Shown piece by piece: positions 1 to 8,600 of a stretch of DNA of 30,421 nt. The stretch comes from a virus (Duplodnaviria > Caudoviricetes). Made by a program: the position numbers and the translations under genes. How positions within the stretch are numbered: the first letter of the stretch is position 1; each line of letters opens with the position of its first letter. The DNA is taken from the IMG/VR virus record IMGVR_UViG_3300016472_000451, positions 1-30,421 of that record. The stretch is one strand, 5' to 3'. The notes under the pieces are model-generated. The model was not told where the DNA came from. It did no database searches and was given only the letters and a program-made list of their open reading frames with translations.

Positions 1-195
1 CCAACAGAAAACCCAACTTCTCCATATTCTTTATTAGAGAAAGTAATGAAAGATAAAAATATATCTTTTGGGCAACTTAAAAATAAATTAATTAAAGAAA
101 ATTTTGATGGATCAGAAAAAATTAACTCAATTACTGATATTCCAAAATTAAAAATCTTTGAATTAGTAGAAAGGATAAAAAAAAGTAAAAAATGA
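1..195 (+). CDS. 3' end of a hypothetical protein (partial, runs in from left edge)
   Basis: Frame 1 is open from base 1 (PTENPTSPYSLLEKVMKDKNISFGQLKNKL...ELVERIKKSKK) to TGA 193-195, which overlaps the next ATG (ATGA). Confidence 0.75.
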   Translation, partial: PTENPTSPYSLLEKVMKDKNISFGQLKNKLIKENFDGSEKINSITDIPKLKIFELVERIKKSKK

Positions 196-1007
196 AAAGA
201 ATCTTTAATCTTTTTAAAAAAAATAAAAAAATAGAATTTCAATGTTTGGTCGAACATTTAGATCCAAATGTCTTATATCCACCGATAGAATCTTCAAAGC
301 TACCCTTACCAAACTGGTACAAAGAAAGGGCAAAGGCTTATAAAACTCAATTAGAAGTTGCAAAATGTCCATTTAAATCTCATCCATCTGTTGGAGACGT
401 AGTTCGATGCCCAGGAATAAAAGATTTAGTTAACTCAGGCATTACAATAAGAATGTGGTCAGATTTTTTTATAGATTTACCTAGATCGCATCCTCAAAGT
501 TCAAAAGAATTAAATTTTGGCTTTGGTCGAGGTTTGGAAGGCTCTCCTGAATTAAGACAATTTGCCACAATATCTCATCATCACCATTCTCAGTTCCCAG
601 AGATTTTCGATAAAGGTAAAATATATCCTTTAATTATTAAACTGAGTTTCCCGTGGAAGGTTAAAGCTCCCCGAGGCGTAGCTTTTTATATGTTACCAAG
701 TTATTATAGTGATCAAACTAATTTTTCAATAACTCCCGGCGTATACGATCCAGTCTATATCAATCACGTTATCGTGAATATGATAGTTTATATGCAAGAA
801 GGTAGATTAATAATTCCAGGTGGTACACCAATGTGTAAACTAATCCCTTTTTATAAAGAAGAAAAATACAATCTTTCTGTTCTGCCTTTTCAAAAACATG
901 ACACGACACGACTTACAGAACAAATTCATCTCTTAAATCGCTTCAAGTTCGATTACGATGCCCTGATTAAAGAGAGAGAGAAAATGTTTAATATATTTAC
1001 AGATTAA
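192..1007 (+). CDS. Hypothetical phage protein, possibly dUTPase-like beta-clip fold (DUF6065-like)
   Basis: 271-aa ORF. The pattern RCPGIKD..SG..I..WSDF, IKLSFPWKVKAPRG, FSITPGVYD and IIPGGTPMCKLIPF resembles a common uncultured-phage family; the last motif recalls the dUTPase 'I..G.riaQl' strand. Function uncertain. Confidence 0.5.
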   Translation: MKRIFNLFKKNKKIEFQCLVEHLDPNVLYPPIESSKLPLPNWYKERAKAYKTQLEVAKCPFKSHPSVGDVVRCPGIKDLVNSGITIRMWSDFFIDLPRSHPQSSKELNFGFGRGLEGSPELRQFATISHHHHSQFPEIFDKGKIYPLIIKLSFPWKVKAPRGVAFYMLPSYYSDQTNFSITPGVYDPVYINHVIVNMIVYMQEGRLIIPGGTPMCKLIPFYKEEKYNLSVLPFQKHDTTRLTEQIHLLNRFKFDYDALIKEREKMFNIFTD

Positions 1008-1813
1008 TTATTACCAGATAAGATTAATCCTACAAATCCTAATGTGCCCATGCCGTCTTCATAAGAATCTAGACTTGTAGACTGGTTATCTAAAATAAAA
1101 TTATTAAATGTAAAAACGTTTTTTATTGCAGTTGAAGAGAAATCTCTTAATCTTAAACTTAAAGAGTTATAGTCTGCAGTTTTTATGTTTTTTCTTATAT
1201 CTTCAAAATCAAATTCATCTAATTTAAAACTAAAATTTAGTCCTAATAAAACAGGATAAACCAGCTGAATATCCGTTGGCAAATATTCCCCAATTTGATA
1301 TATATCATTTCTATCCGTAGAGATTACCAGCTCCAAGGACCTAACGTCATTCTTACTAAAGTTATTATTAAAATTAACGTCTAAATAATTAAAATTATAG
1401 ATGGGCAAAAGTCCAGAGTTTTTAATTAGAGTATAATTACCAGTATTATTAAGGCTAGCCATATCTCCATAAACGGTGCAATTTGCGCCTATGCTTATTG
1501 GGCTGCCGTATTCATATCTCAAACTATATCTATTTAGTGCTCCACTATAAAAATTTAGATATCTATCTCCATACTGTATAGAGCCAGAGAATAATTTATT
1601 TCCTGTATACTGAAGAAATGGATCATGCGTATTTCCGTAGAAACCAACAGATAAATCTGCACGAACTGGGCCAGAAATAAAGTCATTAACGCCAGAGCAA
1701 TCAATTTCATATCTTAAATTAATATTACTTCTGTAAGAAATGTCTAAACTAGAGATTCCAGAGACTAATTTGCCATCAATATATAGATTTTGATTAAAAT
1801 TTTCGCTATACAT
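1004..1813 (-). CDS. Tail tube-like paralog (baseplate/minor tube protein, T5 p140-like role inferred)
   Basis: 269-aa ORF. NDVRSLELVISTDRNDIYQIGEYLPTDIQLVYPVLLGLNFSF and FTFNNFILDNQSTSLD align by eye with FNIQSYTLSFDLARTPIEKLGSRFAFAREIDFPLTVNLSLDA and FSLKNAKLDSQEYSSD of 19891-21033. Preceded by the GTGTAA motif. Confidence 0.65.
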   Translation of the reverse strand: MYSENFNQNLYIDGKLVSGISSLDISYRSNINLRYEIDCSGVNDFISGPVRADLSVGFYGNTHDPFLQYTGNKLFSGSIQYGDRYLNFYSGALNRYSLRYEYGSPISIGANCTVYGDMASLNNTGNYTLIKNSGLLPIYNFNYLDVNFNNNFSKNDVRSLELVISTDRNDIYQIGEYLPTDIQLVYPVLLGLNFSFKLDEFDFEDIRKNIKTADYNSLSLRLRDFSSTAIKNVFTFNNFILDNQSTSLDSYEDGMGTLGFVGLILSGNN

Positions 1814-1820
1814 TATATAA

Positions 1821-1843
1821 TATTACACTTATAAGGTGTAATA
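1821..1843. promoter_or_regulatory. Back-to-back pair of putative late promoters (TATTACAC-TTATAAG-GTGTAATA)
   Basis: Near-palindrome in the 50-bp gap between divergent genes. Each arm supplies a GTGTAA pointing at a gene start, and the same motif occurs before four other structural genes. Confidence 0.7.
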
Positions 1844-1863
1844 AATATTAAGGTAAAAGGTGT

Positions 1864-2397
1864 ATGCCAAATATTAACGATGTAATAACTGGGTGGAGGC
1901 CTTCTGTAACGTATCCAAAATTTGGAATTACTTCAGGGGATAACGGTAGATATTATTATTCTTTAAGAGATAATAATTTAAATAATACTCCGGATTCTAA
2001 TTTAGGTACATTTTGGGATGGCTACATGGTTATCAATTCTAAATATGTACCAGATTTCTTTTGGCAAGCCTCTTATACTTCAGTTGTACAATCGAACCCA
2101 AGAATCGCTAAAGTACAATTTGGTAACGGGTATCAGAAAAGAATAGCGGACGGATTTAACACTAATTTACTAACTTTTCAATTAAATTTTGAAGCTAGAA
2201 AAGAAAATGAAATAAATAGTATCATACATTTTCTGCAACAAATGAATGGCCAGAGATCTTTTATATATAATCCTCCCGCAGTTTATGGTAAAACTTCAAA
2301 TTATAACACTAGATATATTTGCCCAAATTGGGAAGTATCTTATAATTTTTATCAAAATTATACCTTAAGAGCAACATTCGAAGAGGTTTCTGCTTAA
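1864..2397 (+). CDS. gpM: Lambda gpM-like minor (distal) tail protein with N-terminal CBM5/12-like module
   Basis: FFWQAS...PRIAKVQFGNGYQKRIADGFN...FL....G.RSF.YNPP...C..W...LRATFEEV is the gpM pattern. First gene of an M-L-K-I-J run. Confidence 0.88.
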   Translation: MPNINDVITGWRPSVTYPKFGITSGDNGRYYYSLRDNNLNNTPDSNLGTFWDGYMVINSKYVPDFFWQASYTSVVQSNPRIAKVQFGNGYQKRIADGFNTNLLTFQLNFEARKENEINSIIHFLQQMNGQRSFIYNPPAVYGKTSNYNTRYICPNWEVSYNFYQNYTLRATFEEVSA

Positions 2398-2398
2398 T

Positions 2399-4228
2399 AT
2401 GGATGACGAAATTTACAAACCCCCAACGCTTGGCCTTCCTCCATTAGGAGGAGGTGGTGAAGGCGGAATTATTGAGCTAGCCATGGTAAATGGATCAGAT
2501 GTATTTGCCCAGATTGTTTCCGGCTCCCAAGAAATTAACGCTGAAACAATATCTTTAACGCCATCTGCTCCTGTATATTTATACGAAATAGACTTTGGAG
2601 AAATATATCCTCAAACTAAAAATATTACAGCGATTAATCAACCTTTAACTAATGGAGTATTAAGAATATATAATGATTACAATATATTTAATTCTGCGGC
2701 AATTAGAGGAAGAGTAACATGGCAAGGAAATCATTATTATCCATTCCCAATAGCAGCAGAAGGATTTGATTTAAATTCTGCAGGAACACTACCGACTCCA
2801 AGATTTGTGCTTGCAAATATAAGTCCTGACGATGATAATAATTCTTTTTATAAATATATAAGAATGCAAATACAATCATTAGGAGATTTGGCGGGATGTA
2901 AATTTACTAGAATTAAAACATTTTTAAAATATTTGCATCCCAGTAATTTTTCAAATAATCAAAATCCGTACAATATCAATGGTAGGCTTTTTGAGCTTGA
3001 ACTACCTAAAGATGTCTATTATATAGATAGAAAAAGTCTAGAAAATAAAACTAGCATAGAATATTCGCTAAGCTCAATATTAGATTTAGAAAATGTTAAC
3101 TTGCCCGCAAGAACTTTCTTAGCTGAAAAGTGCCCTTTTCAATATCGAGGAGAAGGTTGTTGTTATGAATATAACAAAAGGAAAACAAATCAACATAGTG
3201 GAGTTTATGGAGGATGTGAAAATGTACCAGAAAGCTATATTTCCCTTCCTTTAGAAGCGCCACCAGTGACTACAGATAATGATGAAATTTTTCTAGAACA
3301 AGTTTTTACTGGTAGTTTATCTAATGGATGGCCAGATAATTTTAGATTTAGCGGTATAGCATATTCAAGAATAACTAGTCCAACATTAACAAATTCTAAT
3401 TTTACTAATTTTAGTCAAGCTAATTTACTAGACAGCAGTTACGCAGCGGTTGGCGCAACATCATCCGCAGCGATATGTAGCATATCGGTTGCTCTTACTA
3501 ATCCTGCAGAAATAACAGCTGTAAGAATTAATTCTTCCACATCAATAGTAAATAATTTTAATGTTGACTACTCTATGGACGGAGGGTCAACCTGGAATCC
3601 AGTTATTGACCGATCTGGGGCGCCTAGAGATTGGGTTCTTAATGGTCGTCCAGCAGGAACATATTCTTCTGGATGGCATAGCGTCGGCTTCCATAAGGAT
3701 TGGAGAATAAGGACTACTAATTCTGCAGCTGGGACAAATTTAACCGAACTTGAATTTAGCGGTCAATATAGAATTGGGGATAGCGGCGTTTGGGGGCTGG
3801 GAAATCTTTATTCAAGAGGAGAATTTATATATTTAGAAAAATTAGGAATAAAATATTATTATGTTTGTTTATCTGGACACACGTCTAGCCCATTTAATGC
3901 TCCTCCTAATAAAATCTTTTGGGGTAGCGATCATTGCTCAAAAAGCATTTGGTCTTGTAGGAAAAGATGGCAGTTAAATCCATATTTTAGACCAGTTTTA
4001 TGGCCATTAAATCGTGGGGGTTGGGATAGGGAATATACAAGATTGATGTTAAATAATTATAATTTAGCATATACTGGTCCAGAAGACAGTTTATCGTGGC
4101 CAAGAAGACCACACGTTATGAATCCATTTAATGATAAAGCTTGGGGTCTTCCGAAGGATCTTACTGGGCAATATTTAAATGGATTTTTACCATTTGGAGG
4201 ATTTCCTGGCGCAAATAGAAGGACATAA
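2399..4228 (+). CDS. gpL: Lambda gpL-like tail tip protein (Fe-S cysteine motif) with large insertion
   Basis: VYLYEID, VTWQGNHYYPFPIAAEGF, GTLPTP, GCKFTRIKTFLKYL, YYIDRK, CPFQYRGEGC, DHCSKSIWSCRKR and terminal LPFGGFPG are gpL hallmarks. Confidence 0.9.
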   Translation: MDDEIYKPPTLGLPPLGGGGEGGIIELAMVNGSDVFAQIVSGSQEINAETISLTPSAPVYLYEIDFGEIYPQTKNITAINQPLTNGVLRIYNDYNIFNSAAIRGRVTWQGNHYYPFPIAAEGFDLNSAGTLPTPRFVLANISPDDDNNSFYKYIRMQIQSLGDLAGCKFTRIKTFLKYLHPSNFSNNQNPYNINGRLFELELPKDVYYIDRKSLENKTSIEYSLSSILDLENVNLPARTFLAEKCPFQYRGEGCCYEYNKRKTNQHSGVYGGCENVPESYISLPLEAPPVTTDNDEIFLEQVFTGSLSNGWPDNFRFSGIAYSRITSPTLTNSNFTNFSQANLLDSSYAAVGATSSAAICSISVALTNPAEITAVRINSSTSIVNNFNVDYSMDGGSTWNPVIDRSGAPRDWVLNGRPAGTYSSGWHSVGFHKDWRIRTTNSAAGTNLTELEFSGQYRIGDSGVWGLGNLYSRGEFIYLEKLGIKYYYVCLSGHTSSPFNAPPNKIFWGSDHCSKSIWSCRKRWQLNPYFRPVLWPLNRGGWDREYTRLMLNNYNLAYTGPEDSLSWPRRPHVMNPFNDKAWGLPKDLTGQYLNGFLPFGGFPGANRRT

Positions 4229-4229
4229 T

Positions 4230-4580
4230 ATGTTAGATTTAAATTTAAAAAATTTTATAATAAATCACGCAAAGGAGTCTTTCCCTAAAGAATGCTGTGG
4301 ATTTGTTATTGAAAATAAAGATAAAATATTAGAATGTATATCTGTAAAGAATATATCAAATCAAAAAGATCATTTTATTATTGATCCAATCGATTATCTT
4401 AATATAAAATATAATTTTAATATAAAATATATGTATCATAGCCATAAATTTGAAGAAAATTTTTCTGTGCTAGATATAAATTGTGCAAAACATTTAATTT
4501 TAGATTTAATTGTTTATATTATTGATAAAGATATGTTTAAAATCTATAAATATAAAACTGGAGAAATAGTTTATGGTTAA
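4230..4580 (+). CDS. gpK: gpK-like tail assembly protein, JAB/MPN domain only
   Basis: HAKESFPKECCGFVI and YHSH.....FS..D (JAMM motif), located between L and I. I prefer ATG 4230 (1 nt after the gpL stop) to the track's 4179 start. Confidence 0.82.
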   Translation: MLDLNLKNFIINHAKESFPKECCGFVIENKDKILECISVKNISNQKDHFIIDPIDYLNIKYNFNIKYMYHSHKFEENFSVLDINCAKHLILDLIVYIIDKDMFKIYKYKTGEIVYG

Positions 4581-5682
4581 AATAAAACTGCATGGTAAAC
4601 TTGGCGAAGATCTAGGAGAGAATTGGGAATTAGCTGTTGATAGCGTTGCAGAAGCTATGAGAGCAATAGAAGCCAATACAAAAAAATTTAAAAAATGGAT
4701 TATAGATAGCAGAAAAGATAATTGCGTATATGTTACTTTAATAAATAATGAGATTGTTAGATACGAAAAAACAGATGAATTTTATATAATGAAATCAGAC
4801 ATATTCGTATCTTTTAAAAATCAATTAGAATCTATAGATATAATTCCTATTCCAGAAGGTGCTCAATTTGGAGATTTTAGTAGATCTATAGGTAGTAGTA
4901 TCGGTGGAGGAAGATCATACAGCACAAATTATAATACAACATCTTCTTACCAAAATTCTGCTTATCAGCAACAAATTAATGCACAAAACCAAGCTTTAAT
5001 TGATAAACAAAGGGCAGATGCCGCCGCAGCAAAAAGAGCCGCTGACGCTGCAGCTGCAGCTAAGAATAAAGGTAGTGGAGGGAGTAGCGGTGGTGGAAGT
5101 GGAGGCGGTGGCGGTGGTAGCGGCGGAAGTGGCGGCGGTAGTAGTGGCGGTAGTAGTGGCGGTAGTAGTGGAGGATCAACAACTAATACTGGCACAGGAC
5201 AAACTCTTCCGCCAGATGGAATCGAAGAAGACGATGGAAGTGATTTTTGGGCAGACATATTTAGTTTTTTGCTATCATTCTTTGGCCCACTTTTACCCCA
5301 GCTTCTACTTGCAGGATTTAGTCTATTGGCTTCTGGAATTACAGCTTTACTCGCTAAACCACCCCCCGGTATTGATTTTACAGTAACTCAATTTAATCCA
5401 GCACAACAAGGAGTTATTGGAGAAAGTGGAGGACCAAATTCCTATTTATTTAATGGCCCAGTAAATGTTTTGGGAGAAGGTGGACCTGTACCAGTTGGAT
5501 ATGGCAGACTAATGGTAGGCTCAAGAGTTTGCCTTGTTTCTTACGACGTAATATACAAAGTCGGGATAAGAGCAGCTTTAGATCAAAATACTTGGCAAAC
5601 TCAAGCTACAGGAGGAGTCACATATCTATTCAATGAAGATCTTATGCTTATATCTCAAACTCCAAGCAATGCGGGGATATAA
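4573..5682 (+). CDS. gpI: Lambda gpI-like tail assembly protein with Gly/Ser-rich insertion
   Basis: N-terminal Ubl-like MVKIKLHGKLG...LAVDSVAEAMRAI, a hydrophobic segment, and C-terminal SYLFNGPVN...GGPVPVGYGRLMVGSRV. Confidence 0.88.
   Translation: MVKIKLHGKLGEDLGENWELAVDSVAEAMRAIEANTKKFKKWIIDSRKDNCVYVTLINNEIVRYEKTDEFYIMKSDIFVSFKNQLESIDIIPIPEGAQFGDFSRSIGSSIGGGRSYSTNYNTTSSYQNSAYQQQINAQNQALIDKQRADAAAAKRAADAAAAAKNKGSGGSSGGGSGGGGGGSGGSGGGSSGGSSGGSSGGSTTNTGTGQTLPPDGIEEDDGSDFWADIFSFLLSFFGPLLPQLLLAGFSLLASGITALLAKPPPGIDFTVTQFNPAQQGVIGESGGPNSYLFNGPVNVLGEGGPVPVGYGRLMVGSRVCLVSYDVIYKVGIRAALDQNTWQTQATGGVTYLFNEDLMLISQTPSNAGI
5134..5169 (+). repeat. 12-bp tandem repeat GGCGGTAGTAGT x3 (GGSS) within a Gly/Ser linker spanning about 5071-5178
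   Basis: Read directly from the sequence. Confidence 0.85.
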
Positions 5683-5684
5683 TT

Positions 5685-8600
5685 ATGCCTAATGTAGGAG
5701 GACCAAATAGCGTAATAGAAGGACTAGAGAAGCTTGATTTTCCAGCAAACTATGGAAATAATTTTGGTGGGCTTGAATTTCCAGATAGCCAAGCCGCTGA
5801 TTATTTAGGAGGCAGACATACTCTCCAATTTAGCGGTAAAGATTCATATGGAGGAAATATCGATGGTCCATTTCCAGGAGATGTAAGTGGTCATTGGGGC
5901 CCAGTTAGCGTTCCTTATGGATTAAAAGGATTTATTTATGGTACAAAATTTTCTCCTGCAACAACGGCATACGAAAGTGGATGGGGAAGATTATTGTTTT
6001 CAAATTATGATCTTCAAGTTCAATACAGGGCAGGCTGTCCAAATTTAAGAACAGATCTGCAAATGCCTATTCAGGATTCAATCCTAGCCGGATATGCAGG
6101 AACAAGTTTTACAGGGACAGGCTTTAGAACAACAGACAGAAGCGTTACTTCCGTGCAAAGACTAAATATATTAGATCTTATTTCAGAAGGCCCCATTGAA
6201 GGTTTTGTTACTGGAGATTATATATATAGTACCTCTGGGAAAAAAGCTGGAGATATAGGTTATACATCTGTTTTATTTTCTCCATTTCAAGTTAATACTG
6301 GTCAAGCGCCTGGACAAGGCGCAGTTGAGTATTGGAAAGCTACTCCAGAATCAAGATCAATATTTTGGAACGATACGCCAATTGCCGCACAGAAAGGATT
6401 TATAAACTTTTTATATGCAAATTATAAATATACATACGGAGATCCTAATTCTCATACAATATCACAACCAAAAATAAATTTATACGAAGAAAGAAACCAT
6501 TATGATGGCGAAAGATGTGATATAAATAAATATCCAGTTGTAAGCTCTTACACTAAATTAATTAATGAAGAATTATATGGTGGAAATTTTAATGCTGGCC
6601 CAACTTCAGGATATGCAACACCAAGAAGATATTATATATATGATACAGATATACAAGCAATAAAAATACATCTAAAGATTAAAGGACTATATACTCAAGT
6701 TTTAACTGGTGCAAGGGCAGGAGAGTATTTGAGAGAAAAATTGCCTGTTAGATTTGCGCTTTATAGACTATTCTCGGATAGAAGTGAAGCGTTCGCTCAG
6801 ATAGACGAGCCTATATCCACAAATCCCTATCTATACGCAATAGATACGGTAGATTATGTTGGTAAGGTTCAAGTACCAACAATGGTATGTTATACGTTTT
6901 GGATGAGATCTTATAAAGATAGCGGTTATCCGTTAAGAGTTCTGCCTAATCAAATTGGTTGGGTTGTGCATATTACAAAAACTGTAATGGAGCCTATGAG
7001 TTTATTTACAGCTAATGCTATAGAAGTTTCAGATATCCAATGTGTTTATATGGATAGATTTACTTATCCGCAAGCAGCAATGGTATATAGTAATTTTGAT
7101 TCGAGATATTTTTCTAGTGTTCCAGAAAGATCTTATTACGTTAATTTACTTAAAGTAAAAGTACCAAATAATTATGACCCTATTAGGAAAACATATTCTG
7201 GATCTTGGAATGGTAAATTTAAATTAGCTTGGTCGGATAATCCAGCCTGGTGTTATTATGATCTTGTCACAAATAATAGATTTGGGTTAGGTAAATATAT
7301 AGATACATCGCTTGTAGATAAATGGTCATTATATGAAGCCGCACAATATTGCGATCAACTTGTTCCCAATGGAAATGGAGGCCTCGAGCCAAGATTTACT
7401 TGTAATTTATATATGGCAAATAAAGCAGAAGCATATAAAGTTTTAAATGATATGGCTTCTATATTTAATGCTATGCCCTACTACATGGCTGGACAAATAT
7501 TTATCAGCCAAGATCGTCCGAAAGAACCAGTATATCTTTTTAATAATACAAATGTTGTAAATGGAGAATTTACCTACTCTGACTCTTCTAGAAAAGCTCG
7601 TAGGTCTGTAGCAATGGTTAGATATAATGATGAAGCAAATAATTATAAACCGGCTCTTGAATATGTGGAAGATAAGGAAGCAATGATGAAATATGGCATT
7701 CGAGAAGTTGAAGTCGCTGCGTTTGGCGCTACTCGAAAATCTCAAGCTAGAAGACTAGGCAAATGGTTTTTAGCTAGTGAAAATCTTGAAACAGAAACAG
7801 TAACTTTTGATACGAGTTTAGAAGGAGGCCTACTTAGACCTGGGGATATTGTAAAAATAGTAGATCAAAATAGGCAAAATAAATTATATGCAGGTAGAGC
7901 ATTTGATATTGATACAGGTTATGCAATTCTAGATATTCCATTTAATGATTTTAATAGATATATTTTGACAGGAGTCAATAGGTCTTTTACTATAAGCTTT
8001 TTAACTCCAAGTTATAATTTATATCCTGGCACAACATTAGGAGATAATTATCTTACAGGTTATAAGATAGCATCAGAAGATTTTAGTAGTGGAGTAAATT
8101 CTAATTTCTATAGGAAAAGTCACGTTCAAGAACTCTATATACAAAATACTCAGCAAGCAATAACAAGCGGCACCGAAAATTATTCTAATTTTACTAGAAT
8201 TAATTTTAGTGGAATTAACACAAATAAAACTAATAAATATAGTTTAAGATATACCTCTACAATTAATTTAACCGGAAATAGATATTATAAAACTACTGCT
8301 GATGGTTGGGGAGCCCCAAATGGAGGAGAAGTTTATTCTTTAGAAGGTTATAGAAGAAATGTTTTTGCCGAAGCTTCACCAACAAGAATAGACAAGTATG
8401 TTATGTTTGGATTAAATCGTGATCCTGGTACAGACGCCGGTTATACGTCGTTAGATTATGCCTGGTATTATACTAATAATGGCACACTGAGTATTTTTGA
8501 AAATGGAACTCAAATCACTGGGCCAGATTTTGTAGGAAGATCTTTGCCAACAATAATGAGCTACACGCCATCAACAGCATTAAGAGTGGATTATGATGGG

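Noticed and set aside
4965-5386. Alternative ORFs 4965-5258(-) and 5000-5386(+)
   Set aside because: Shadow frames of the GC-rich Gly/Ser/Ala codon run in gpI.
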